DNA of 24,000 nucleotides from Desulfobulbus sp. (GCA_050252135.1 JBFWLN010000001.1:341721-365720); one strand, 5' to 3'; positions 1 through 8,534 are shown, numbered from the stretch's first letter. The notes: generated from the sequence alone by a model not told the origin. Translations and numbers: made by a program.

Positions 1-85
1 CGATATAGACGAGCCTGACTGTCAACCTGAACCGAGCCTGTTCAAAACTGCTAGAAGCGTGGGGAAAAGGCGGGTCAACTACAAC

Positions 86-114
86 AAAAAAAGCCTGACC
101 GAGACTGGGCAGGC
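86..114 (-). terminator. Possible intrinsic terminator downstream of the PilZ-sirtuin operon
   Basis: On the minus strand a GCCTG...CAGGC hairpin (93-114) is followed by a U-run (plus-strand A7 at 86-92), about 125 nt after the sirtuin stop. The stem is short and imperfect. Confidence 0.35.
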
Positions 115-238
115 AACCGTCATGGAATGTTCAAAACGTGGGTGGAAAGAAACAACGCATAAATAGTGATTGTTTCAATATACTGCACAACCGAGGCAAA
201 GGCAAGCTCTCTACTTAACGGAGGTCAAGCAAAAAACA

Positions 239-1021
239 TTATCTTCCACAGGCCCTAACCAACCGTGGCAAAGTCTGCAGTACATCGCCAGGGAAAAAAT
301 AGTCTTCCCGTCCTGAGGATCGGAGGCCATGGCCATATCCCGGCAGTGCCGATTCCCGGTTAAATTCAAACAGAGAACCGCCCCTCTCGCGCACCAGGGC
401 AGGCAGGGCCGCAGCGGGATAAACTTGGGCCGAGGTGCCGATTACCAAGAGGAGATCGCAGTCGGCCACAAATTCGTGAATGGCGTCCAGATCACGCACC
501 GATTCGCCGAACAAGACCACATTCGGTTTAAGCGGCCTTTGACAGTGTTCGCAAAGCGGCATCTCACCAGCCTGATACCGTGCGGGTTCAAGAAACTGGA
601 GAGTGTCACAATAAATACACTGCAGATGCTGATGATCACCGTGGATTTCAAATACCTGTCGGTTACCGGCCTGCTGGTGCAGGTTATCGATATTTTGGGT
701 GACAATGCCCGCCAGTAGCCCCATGGCTTCCATTTCAGCCAAAGCTTCATGGGCAGGATTGGGTTTCTTGCCAACGAGAACCTTTCCTAAAGCGCGAAAC
801 AGCTGCCAAGCTTTAGCGGGATTGCGGCGAAAGACATCAATGGAGGCATACTCTTCAGGGGAAAACACGCTCCACAACCCACCGGGGCTACGAAAATCAG
901 GAATGCCACTACCCACCGAAATTCCGGCACCGGTGAGAGCCACCACCTTACGTGCACACTGGACAACGGAAGCAGCTACACCCCAGGCGGCCTCATCCCC
1001 TTGACCAATAAGCACCCTCAT
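239..1021 (-). CDS. cobB: NAD-dependent protein deacylase, Sir2/CobB family
   Basis: 260-aa ORF with the sirtuin hallmarks GAGISVGSGIPDFRSPGGLW, TQNIDNLH, the catalytic FEIHG, a zinc ribbon CIYC...CEHC, and NVVLFGE. Its ATG overlaps the upstream gene's TGA (ATGA at 1018-1023). Confidence 0.9.
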   Translation of the reverse strand: MRVLIGQGDEAAWGVAASVVQCARKVVALTGAGISVGSGIPDFRSPGGLWSVFSPEEYASIDVFRRNPAKAWQLFRALGKVLVGKKPNPAHEALAEMEAMGLLAGIVTQNIDNLHQQAGNRQVFEIHGDHQHLQCIYCDTLQFLEPARYQAGEMPLCEHCQRPLKPNVVLFGESVRDLDAIHEFVADCDLLLVIGTSAQVYPAAALPALVRERGGSLFEFNRESALPGYGHGLRSSGREDYFFPGDVLQTLPRLVRACGR

Positions 1022-1554
1022 CAGTGGAGCTGAACACTGTTGCTCGTCACCGGCAAGGGCACATCAATGAAGGCTCCACCGATACTGCCCCCATGTTCAT
1101 AATGTCGAACAGTGATGATTCGCTCGATCTCCTGCGTGTCCTCTTCCTGGGGCCGCAAACAGATGACCAGCCGATCATTTGTTTTCACCGGCACATCTTC
1201 ATTGATGCGTAACAAGAGGCCACCACTGGACTGGTTGCCGACAACACAATACCGTGCCCGTCCCTTGGACGTTGAGAGCGCCCGAAAGGTGGCCGGAATA
1301 TGAGTTGCAACCCGGTAGTCATGACGGAACTCGAGGTCGATTGCAAAGATCTCGGAACAAGGGCAATTGACCTTCAGAATATGTTTATGCCCCCGAAGCC
1401 CGGCAACAGAAAAAGTGCCGACTCTCCCGCAGGAATTGCAACGAATAGTCACTGCCTCCTGGTGGTTCACAAAATATTTTTGCCGTTTTGGTGTGCCCAT
1501 AACAAACCGCCTTTTCTTTGAATGAAAGGAAATGCTGGCACCTCGATTCACCAT
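1021..1554 (-). CDS. PilZ-domain (c-di-GMP binding) protein with an N-terminal Cys4 zinc-ribbon-like segment
   Basis: The ORF carries the PilZ motifs RHDYR (RxxxR) and NQSSGG (D/NxSxxG), plus CNSCG...CPCS upstream. The start is ambiguous between ATG 1554 and ATG 1500 (MGTPKRQKYF). The stop overlaps the sirtuin start. Confidence 0.7.
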   Translation of the reverse strand: MVNRGASISFHSKKRRFVMGTPKRQKYFVNHQEAVTIRCNSCGRVGTFSVAGLRGHKHILKVNCPCSEIFAIDLEFRHDYRVATHIPATFRALSTSKGRARYCVVGNQSSGGLLLRINEDVPVKTNDRLVICLRPQEEDTQEIERIITVRHYEHGGSIGGAFIDVPLPVTSNSVQLH

Positions 1555-1659
1555 GGATATCTGCCTTTATCATATCCACGGTTACATAAAAATAAGTCTC
1601 TTTTCCAAACGGAGGTATTTTTTTTTGGGCTAGGATGCGAAAATATGTGGCGTCCCTTT

Positions 1660-2538
1660 TCAATGGGTTGCTTTTAGAAAAACCTCCGCATAGGCTCGAC
1701 GGTACGCGGTGATACTGTTGGGATCCAGCCAACGTTCATAGGCTGCCCGATATTGTTTCGTAGGGCGCTGCTCAAGCAACACCTTATTGACGCTTTCAAT
1801 CACACTCTTCCCCCAGGGGGTTTTGGAACAGGCAACGCAACTCATCCAGCCGTCAAAGTTATGGAGATTCTCCGACAGGGTGAGCGTGATGAACTGATCG
1901 CGGATGCCCATCTGCTCCGCCTGGTACAAGGCCTCTTCAGGCAGGCCGATGAGCCCGTCAAGCCTTCCGAGCAGGAGCATCTTAAAAAGATTCAGCGAAA
2001 GCTCCTGTCCGGTGAACTCGACCAGATTTATCTGGCCCTGGTGCCGTTTGAACACCTCATCCAAGGTATTGCCGTAGGAGCGGTCCTTAGCCAGCCCGAT
2101 CATCAAGTTGGCGTTTCCGAGAACAGCATCCAGGGAGACAGTGGTCTGGTTGTTATACTTCCCGATATTTTCTTTTTTGATAATGATCACTGGGGGAAGG
2201 GTGATGAAGCTGGGCATGGAAAAATACATAAAATCTTCCCGCTCGGGAGTTTTGTACAGGCCGACGCTGCACACCTGCTCACCCTGCTTGAACATGTAAA
2301 AATGGCGGGTAATGTTGGTATTGATTTCCTCGTGACTATAGGCAGGCAGATGCTCCTGGAGGATATGCGTGATTGCATCGCCATAGCCCTGTTCCTGATT
2401 GGGGCCACTCTGAATGAAAAATGGCGGCAGAACAGCTTCCATCCAAACGAGATGATTTTGTGCCGCAACCCATTGCGGGGCGGCAATCAGGAACAAACCC
2501 AGGCAAAGGACAAACGCGGGCAAGGCAGCTTTGGACAT
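1660..2538 (-). CDS. Periplasmic solute-binding-protein-like protein (family 3 / TIGR02285-like), function unknown
   Basis: ATG 2538 is preceded by GGAGGG 5 nt upstream. The N-terminal signal peptide is MSKAALPAFVLCLGLFLIAAPQWVAAQ. The overall layout resembles SBP_bac_3-type proteins, a family assignment made from memory. Confidence 0.6.
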   Translation of the reverse strand: MSKAALPAFVLCLGLFLIAAPQWVAAQNHLVWMEAVLPPFFIQSGPNQEQGYGDAITHILQEHLPAYSHEEINTNITRHFYMFKQGEQVCSVGLYKTPEREDFMYFSMPSFITLPPVIIIKKENIGKYNNQTTVSLDAVLGNANLMIGLAKDRSYGNTLDEVFKRHQGQINLVEFTGQELSLNLFKMLLLGRLDGLIGLPEEALYQAEQMGIRDQFITLTLSENLHNFDGWMSCVACSKTPWGKSVIESVNKVLLEQRPTKQYRAAYERWLDPNSITAYRRAYAEVFLKATH

Positions 2539-2741
2539 CTTTTCCCTCCGGTAAGGCAGTGAATCGGGTTGGCCAATCGACACACGTCAAGATATGGAAC
2601 TTTTCCAGTCAACGGTATCGAATACTGTTCCTGTACCGAATGCACAAAGCGACTGTCAAGATAGATTTAGTAATTGCAGAATCTTGGTCTGCCAAGGCGT
2701 TCGAGAAAATCTGGTCTGTGATAAAGGATATTCAACAAGCC

Positions 2742-3905
2742 CTACAAAACTTCATTTCGGGTGGAAAGACCTTGCTCATGGAACGTCTCTTGTTGGACAA
2801 CCGACAATTGGTGATCAAGGGTCCCACGATTAAAAAAGAGGCGAATCAAAAGACCAGTATAGGCAATCACGGCCAATACGGCAAAGGCCGGGATAAAGTA
2901 GCCCAAGGGGCAGAGAATAAGCACAGTTAACCAATGGAGCAGGATCACCGGGCGTGAATGGAGCTTAAGCGGAAAATCTCCGTGACGGCTGATGACGGCC
3001 AACCCACTCAGATTCCATCCATACAGAGCGGTGAAGGCATGCAAGCGCAAAAGGGGCACACTATGTTCCGGGGTGTAATAGCTGGAAAAAGAGAGCAGGA
3101 TATAGGCAATACCGGTGATGGAAGTAACAAGAAGGAAAAGGATTCCGGAAGAGAGAAAGGCTTTCTGCTGCAGCGGTATGCCCTCATACCAGTAGAGGTA
3201 AAAAATGAGCGCCACGGTGAAAAACAAAATAAGGGAGATAGCAACCTGGGAGCTGAACATCCCCGCGAGGATAAAAATAAAAAAGATGATCACCCCTAAG
3301 TTGATGATCCAGAAGGCAGCCTCCTTCAACAGCGAAGTCAGCCGCAGGGACTCTTGCTTCATCAGGCTGAAGATGACCGACATCGAAATGAGAGAAAGAG
3401 GAAAGGAAAAACCGAGAAAAAAGGTATCAAGCTTCAACTTCTCAATGGTAAACCACTGCAGATAGACCGAATTGAGAATGACCGGGCTGGAAAAACACAA
3501 TCCGAGGGTCAGACAGAGGAGAGCCGCCTGATGAAATTTGCGCGGGACCGATTCCTGGAGCGAGAAAAGTCCACGGGGAAAGCGGCTGCCGAAATGATCG
3601 ATTCGCACCTGATTCACCAGATGGGCCAGTCCAAGGGGGAGCAGCATCGCCGGAATGTACCATTCAAAAAAAGCCGAAAAGGCAAAGGCCAGGGCTAAAA
3701 CGACAAACAACTGCCCGCGGCGAGAAAGTTCTGCCTGCTCTTCAGTGAAATAAATCAGCAGGGTACCGCCGCTGCAAAGATTGAACAGGAATATATGCAG
3801 CCGCTCGAAGTTATGGACCGATGGCGGAATAAGGTGATGGAGGAAGCCGCAGGCCAGGGCAGTGGTCATCATGACCAGCAACAGGGTTTTCAGTTTCCAA
3901 CTCAC
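2742..3905 (-). CDS. Polytopic integral membrane protein of unknown function (about 10-12 predicted TM segments)
   Basis: 387-aa ORF with hydrophobic segments throughout and a GTG start. It is the last gene of the yfcH-like operon, 33 nt after the upstream stop. It has two related His motifs, ERLHIFLFNLCSGG and LRLHAFTALYGWNLSG. I recognise no family. Confidence 0.7.
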   Translation of the reverse strand: MSWKLKTLLLVMMTTALACGFLHHLIPPSVHNFERLHIFLFNLCSGGTLLIYFTEEQAELSRRGQLFVVLALAFAFSAFFEWYIPAMLLPLGLAHLVNQVRIDHFGSRFPRGLFSLQESVPRKFHQAALLCLTLGLCFSSPVILNSVYLQWFTIEKLKLDTFFLGFSFPLSLISMSVIFSLMKQESLRLTSLLKEAAFWIINLGVIIFFIFILAGMFSSQVAISLILFFTVALIFYLYWYEGIPLQQKAFLSSGILFLLVTSITGIAYILLSFSSYYTPEHSVPLLRLHAFTALYGWNLSGLAVISRHGDFPLKLHSRPVILLHWLTVLILCPLGYFIPAFAVLAVIAYTGLLIRLFFNRGTLDHQLSVVQQETFHEQGLSTRNEVL

Positions 3906-3938
3906 GGATACGATACTCCAGGGGATGGGGCGGGAGGA

Positions 3939-5315
3939 TTACAATCGACCAAGCAATTGACGCAAGGCCGGTTCCAGGGAAGCCTGGCGGAAGAGATAAC
4001 CGGACTGTTGCAGTTTATCGGTGGAGACCCGGCAGCCACCGAGAAGGACCTCGGAGGCCATCTGCCCGTAGATGGTTTTCAACAAGCCGGCAGGCACTGC
4101 GGGTAAAAGTGGCCGATGCACAACCCGGGCCAGGGCCCGCATCAAATCGCCATTGGTCACCGGCTCGGGCGCGGCAATGTTCACCGGCCCTTCCAGTTGC
4201 TCACAATCGAGGGTATGCAGAATGGCACCCACCATATCGTTGATGCCTATCCAGCTGATGTATTGATCGCCGTCACCAAAGCTGCGGGAAAAGCCGATTG
4301 CCGAGGTCGAAAGCAACCGTTGCAGTGCACCACCCTGTGGACTCAGAACCACACCGATACGCATGAACACGGTCCGGATACCAGCCTCTTCGGCCGGACG
4401 GGCGGAATGTTCCCACAAAGCGCAGACATCGGAAATGAAATCGTCCCCGGCACGATCCTCTTCGCGCATACAGCAGTCAAGGCAGTTGCCGTAAAAACCA
4501 ACCGCCGAGGCGCTGAGAAAGACCTTGGGTTTGACGGTTTGGGCAGCAAGGGTTTGGGCGATGAGCCCGGTGCCCTGCACCCGACTATCGATCACCCGTT
4601 TTTTTTTCTCCCGGGTCCAACGACCTTCGCCGATATTATCGCCGGCCAGATGAATGACCGCATCAAAAGGCGGCAGACCGGCCAGGTTGAGCTGTTTCTC
4701 TGCAGGGTTCCAGTAGATTTCCCTGCAGGCGCGATCCGGCGATCGGCGCACCAGGGTCCAGACTTCATGGCCGCCGGTGGTCAAGAGCGGTCGCAGTGCG
4801 GAACCAAGCACACCACTGGCACCGGTGATCAGAATCCGGAGTGGTGTGGTGCTGCTCCGCTGGTGGAGGCGGATATCGTCTGCCAGGGTCGCATGCCGGT
4901 AGCGAAACACCCGATCCAGGGTCTTTTCCACCTGCTTCCCTGCGAATCCGGGCAAAAGCGGTTGCCCCGGCAAGGTGTAGTCGATCTCGTCTTCCAAAAG
5001 CGCCCCATCCGGGGTGTCTGAAAAACGATGGGTGTGGGTCCAGGAGGCAAAGGGGCCGCGCTCCTGAATATCGCGAAACATCACACCCGGCACATTTTCA
5101 ACATGACGCGCTTGCCAGAGGTAGGGGATGGGACCGGCGTGCAGTTTGAGCACAACCTGTCCGCCCGGATCTATCGAGCCGATCCGTTTGACAACCCGGG
5201 TATTTTCCCAAGGAGGGACCAGTCGCTCCAGTGCCCCCGGCCGACTGTGCCAGTCATAAAGTTCTTGGGCGGTACAGGAAAAATGCGAGGCAAAACGGAA
5301 ATGTCCTCCTGTCAC
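3939..5315 (-). CDS. SRPBCC-domain / TIGR01777 (YfcH-like, DUF1731) NAD-dependent epimerase family fusion protein
   Basis: The N-terminal ~150 aa look START/SRPBCC-like (ELYDWHSRPGALERLVPPWE). They are followed by a Rossmann motif ILITGASGVLGS and a C-terminal DUF1731-like end (GCRVSTDKLQQSGYLFR). The GTG start overlaps the upstream stop (GTGA). Confidence 0.8.
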   Translation of the reverse strand: MTGGHFRFASHFSCTAQELYDWHSRPGALERLVPPWENTRVVKRIGSIDPGGQVVLKLHAGPIPYLWQARHVENVPGVMFRDIQERGPFASWTHTHRFSDTPDGALLEDEIDYTLPGQPLLPGFAGKQVEKTLDRVFRYRHATLADDIRLHQRSSTTPLRILITGASGVLGSALRPLLTTGGHEVWTLVRRSPDRACREIYWNPAEKQLNLAGLPPFDAVIHLAGDNIGEGRWTREKKKRVIDSRVQGTGLIAQTLAAQTVKPKVFLSASAVGFYGNCLDCCMREEDRAGDDFISDVCALWEHSARPAEEAGIRTVFMRIGVVLSPQGGALQRLLSTSAIGFSRSFGDGDQYISWIGINDMVGAILHTLDCEQLEGPVNIAAPEPVTNGDLMRALARVVHRPLLPAVPAGLLKTIYGQMASEVLLGGCRVSTDKLQQSGYLFRQASLEPALRQLLGRL

Positions 5316-6223
5316 CGCCCCCCCTCCCGAACAAGGTCTTTCAATGCCACTCTCAAATCAGGATAGGTAAAGAGATACCCGCTCTCGGTCAGCGCCCGGG
5401 GCAAAACCTTCTGGCCCTGGAGAAGCGAGCGGCCAAACTCTCCCAAAATCGTTTTCATGATAAAGGCAGGGGTAGGCAGGAACGCCGGTCGATGATAGGC
5501 TGTACCCAACTCCCGCGCAAACGTTTTCTGCCGCACCGGCTGGGGAGCGGTAAAGTTGAACGGTCCCCGGCACTCCTCGGCGCTCAGTAAAAAAACAATG
5601 GCACTCACCAAATCTTCCAGGTGGATCCAAGGGAACCATTGCTTGCCGTTGCCGATCGGTCCACCCAAACCAAGTCGAAACGGTAATTTCATCGTGGCCA
5701 GGGCGCCTCCGCCCTTGCCCAGAACAACGCCAAAACGCATCAACACCACCCGAGCCCCTTTCTCGCCGGCCTTTTGCGCCTCAGCCTCCCAGTCGCTGCA
5801 GACCTGGGCGAGGAAATCCTCACCAGCAGCGTTGGTCTCGGTCTTTTCTTCCTCGCCACCATCACCGTAATAGCCAGCAGCCGATGTGCTCAGCAACACC
5901 GCTTCGGTCTCGGCCGGTAAGGCGGCAACCAAATGACGGGTGGTGAGAATGCGGCTGTCGTAAATCGCTTTTTTGTAATTCTCGGTCCAGAGATTGAAAA
6001 CCGAGCGGCCGGTGAGATTAATTAAGGCCTCTTGTTCCGGCACATGATGCTGCCAGTCACCCGGACGGGTGGTATCCGCAGCAACATAGGTGAGGTGGTC
6101 ATGGGCCGGGAGGCGGCACTGGCGACTACTGCCAATAACCGTCACCTCATGTCCCATCTCCAACAGACGTCTGCTCACTGCTCCGCCGACAAAACCGGTT
6201 CCTCCGGTGATCAATATCTTCAT
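5312..6223 (-). CDS. TIGR01777 (YfcH-like) NAD-dependent epimerase/dehydratase family protein with a DUF1731 C-terminus
   Basis: MKILITGGTGFVGG Rossmann motif and a C-terminal GQKVLPRALTESGYLFTYPDL. There is a strong RBS, AGGAGG, 5 nt upstream of ATG 6223. It is a paralogue of the C-terminal part of the downstream gene. Confidence 0.85.
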   Translation of the reverse strand: MKILITGGTGFVGGAVSRRLLEMGHEVTVIGSSRQCRLPAHDHLTYVAADTTRPGDWQHHVPEQEALINLTGRSVFNLWTENYKKAIYDSRILTTRHLVAALPAETEAVLLSTSAAGYYGDGGEEEKTETNAAGEDFLAQVCSDWEAEAQKAGEKGARVVLMRFGVVLGKGGGALATMKLPFRLGLGGPIGNGKQWFPWIHLEDLVSAIVFLLSAEECRGPFNFTAPQPVRQKTFARELGTAYHRPAFLPTPAFIMKTILGEFGRSLLQGQKVLPRALTESGYLFTYPDLRVALKDLVREGGR

Positions 6224-6339
6224 AGGGTCCTCCTGTAAGGAAAGGCTCCAGAATAAAAAATCAGCCTTATGTATTTATTCAATAAACATTCTGAATCGGG
6301 AGGCAAAGAAAAAGGGCGGCAGCGGGTTGACCGTCGCTC

Positions 6340-7113
6340 CTATTTCACAAAAAACAACCCGATCTCGATGGCGATCAGGATGATGATGATCCACTCGAGC
6401 ATGCTCGAATGACTGTGTTTCTGTTCATCGGCCATCATCTCCAACAACTCCTGGATGACCTCCAAACGACTTTTCAGCACCGTGGCCCGGGGGGCTATCT
6501 CCAGATAGCGGGCGAGTGCGAGGTAATAATGCTCAAGCTCTGGATATTCCCAGATAAATTCAGGAGTATCCAACAAGTTATATTGCAAGATGATGTGTGA
6601 TTTTTCCAGGTAAACCCGTCCCCGTTCCTGGGCCAGCTTAGTCCGCGACAGGGCAATGGTTCCCTTCTTCGCCAGGGTCTCGGGGATATATTTGGTTTTC
6701 TTAATTGTCTCCTCGATTGAGGATTCAAAAAAAGCCAACTTGGTGGACTGAGCCAGAGCATGGCTCAAGGAGAGACAGGTCAACTCGGACAGATCATCCA
6801 CATCGATCAAGTCGTTGCGAATTTTTACCCCTTTACTGGGACTCAGTTGATAGGCCAGATCCTCCTCGACAAAGGATTCCCGTGGATTAATCGCATATTT
6901 GAGCACTTGATCGATCAACCGCTTTTCCGATTCATAGTCGTACTCAAAGAAGACGCAAACCCCGTAATCAAAAAGGAAGGCCCGTACGCCCTCGTCTGGA
7001 TTGAGGGAAATGACATTACGGATGCGAGCGGCGTGTGTCTGCCGGGAAAGATGCTCATAGAGGGCACTGAATTGAAAACGTTCAGCAATGCAGAGGGCGC
7101 GAATGGTACTCAT
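6340..7113 (-). CDS. RMD1/DUF155 family protein with a C-terminal TM helix
   Basis: 257 aa with the typical DUF155 layout (FDYGVCVFFEY..., LSHALAQSTKLAFFE, YLEIAPRATVL) and a terminal hydrophobic helix WIIIILIAIEIGLFFV. The family call is from memory. Confidence 0.75.
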   Translation of the reverse strand: MSTIRALCIAERFQFSALYEHLSRQTHAARIRNVISLNPDEGVRAFLFDYGVCVFFEYDYESEKRLIDQVLKYAINPRESFVEEDLAYQLSPSKGVKIRNDLIDVDDLSELTCLSLSHALAQSTKLAFFESSIEETIKKTKYIPETLAKKGTIALSRTKLAQERGRVYLEKSHIILQYNLLDTPEFIWEYPELEHYYLALARYLEIAPRATVLKSRLEVIQELLEMMADEQKHSHSSMLEWIIIILIAIEIGLFFVK

Positions 7114-7155
7114 GGTTGATTCCGTTCAGGAATAAAAGGCTGGATGAGAAACGCT

Positions 7156-7593
7156 CTACTCCGTGCCGTTGGCACCGACCTTGCTTTCCTTGCGCAGTTC
7201 CGGGTAGTACTTTTCGATACAATCGGGGCAGATGCCGTGGGTGAATTCATCCTTGGCGCGATCTTGGATGATCTGCTTGATATCCTCCCAAAATTCGGGG
7301 TCAAGACGTATCTTCTTACAGGAGGCGCATACCGGCAGGATGCTTTCTAAATAACTTACCCGGGTCAGCAACCGGTAGGTATGGTGAATAATGAAGGCAC
7401 CGACAATGGCAATAATGATGCTCTCAAAGATGGATTCCCGCCAATTGATCGGGGTGGCGGGACCACCCAAAAGAACATGGGGGATATCAAGCACCTCGTC
7501 AAACCAGGAGAGGGCGATCACAAACAAAATGGCGCTGCCCTCATACCAGGCGACCTTTTTGGCAATCAGATTGTTCGTCTCAGAAGGGGCCAT
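7156..7593 (-). CDS. Small two-TM membrane protein with a C-terminal CxxCKKIR...HGICPxC Cys4 module
   Basis: 145-aa ORF with an RBS GAGGA 7 nt upstream of the ATG. It has two hydrophobic segments followed by LPVCASCKKIRLDPEFWEDIKQIIQDRAKDEFTHGICPDCIEKYYPEL. Confidence 0.7.
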   Translation of the reverse strand: MAPSETNNLIAKKVAWYEGSAILFVIALSWFDEVLDIPHVLLGGPATPINWRESIFESIIIAIVGAFIIHHTYRLLTRVSYLESILPVCASCKKIRLDPEFWEDIKQIIQDRAKDEFTHGICPDCIEKYYPELRKESKVGANGTE

Positions 7594-8072
7594 GGCAACA
7601 TCCTCAGTTCAAACAAGCACTTGGGGTCATTCCCTGGAACAGCCGGGGCAATGTTTGTGATTCTCGCAACATGCAGCGAAAATCACAATATTTGATTGAG
7701 CGGTCTCCAAAGCGATAACGCACTCAAAAAAAGCGTGGTCATCGTTGGCAACGTGCATCTATCATAGCCGCATTTCCTAAGAATGCACGGGAATTACACA
7801 GATTTTCCCCAAAAGTCCCAACCGAGAATCAGGGGGATCAGCCCCTTACAGCCCTTCTTCGTCCACAGACAGAGCCGATGAGCTTTCAGGTTTCTCAGTG
7901 AAGATGGCTAAGTTAAAAAAACAGGCATACATAAGGTATATCGAGTGTCGTGAAAAGCGCTCCGACGCAGTAGATCGAAGTTTTTACGACGACATCAAAG
8001 ATGACACCAGCGCGGTAATAAGTTCAAGTTTGTGAGCTACGGGGTATATGGGCAAAGGTTGCCTTTGATCTT

Positions 8073-8318
8073 TTACTGAAAATCGACATGACCGATAACG
8101 ATTCGAGGCTCATCCAACCCAATCACCTCCGGTTCGATCCGCAGCAGCTCGTCAATGTTCCAGACGCCGTTTCGCGCAAGCAGGGCCAGGGCCTCTTCCT
8201 TGGTGTTTGCAAGGACGGTCACGTCGGCCTGGAGATAATTTTCCTGATGGATATGGGGCTCATCGAGCATGGACCAACTGGAAAAGCGCTTACTGTGACG
8301 CCAAACAAAGAGCTGCAT
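8073..8318 (-). CDS. Hypothetical small protein (81 aa)
   Basis: The ORF has an RBS GGGAGA 6 nt upstream of ATG 8318. I recognise no family. It is flanked by about 15-bp direct repeats. Confidence 0.5.
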   Translation of the reverse strand: MQLFVWRHSKRFSSWSMLDEPHIHQENYLQADVTVLANTKEEALALLARNGVWNIDELLRIEPEVIGLDEPRIVIGHVDFQ

Positions 8319-8534
8319 GATCGTTCTCCCGGGTTTGATGAGCTACGGAACAGGTGGATAAATCTACCCCGTTGAATCCAACGGTGCAAACCCAAGCTCT
8401 GGATTGCCAGGGGAAAGTGTTCAGCATTGACCTTTTTGATTGATGGTTTATAACTGGTGCCAATGTTTTCCCCGTTGTCGCTGCTGACCGTGGGCCCCGG
8501 CTTTTTTTCGGCCCCAAGGAGAGCAAAAAGAAAA

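Noticed and set aside
239-1021. The Sir2-domain protein as an anti-phage NADase (Thoeris ThsA, DSR, or SIR2-HerA type).
   Set aside because: It is small (260 aa) and has all the canonical deacylase motifs, including the CxxC...CxxC zinc ribbon and the catalytic His. It has no fused effector or sensor domain and no defence-type neighbours. A housekeeping CobB-like sirtuin fits best.
4116-5021. Long antisense or alternative-frame ORFs opposite confident genes. Examples are 4116-5021 (+), 1753-2562 (+), 9429-10169 (-), 10423-11163 (+), 12142-12972 (+), 8448-8963 (-) and 19975-20601 (+).
   Set aside because: They are shadow ORFs typical of GC-rich coding DNA. They have no recognisable motifs, their composition is Arg/Gly/Pro-rich, and each is fully overlapped by a gene with strong family signatures.
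7904-8035. A 43-aa plus-strand sORF (MAKLKKQAYIRYIECREKRSDAVDRSFYDDIKDDTSAVISSSL) in the 479-nt intergenic region, overlapping an imperfect hairpin (GTCGTGAAAA...TTTTTACGAC).
   Set aside because: The SD is weak, and it uses codons that the confident genes here avoid (TTA, ATA, AGG, CGA, GTA, AGT). It is most likely non-coding.
8131-8140. A tRNA T-loop-like GGTTCGATCC.
   Set aside because: The flanking bases do not form a T-stem or the rest of a cloverleaf, and it lies inside the 81-aa CDS on the opposite strand.
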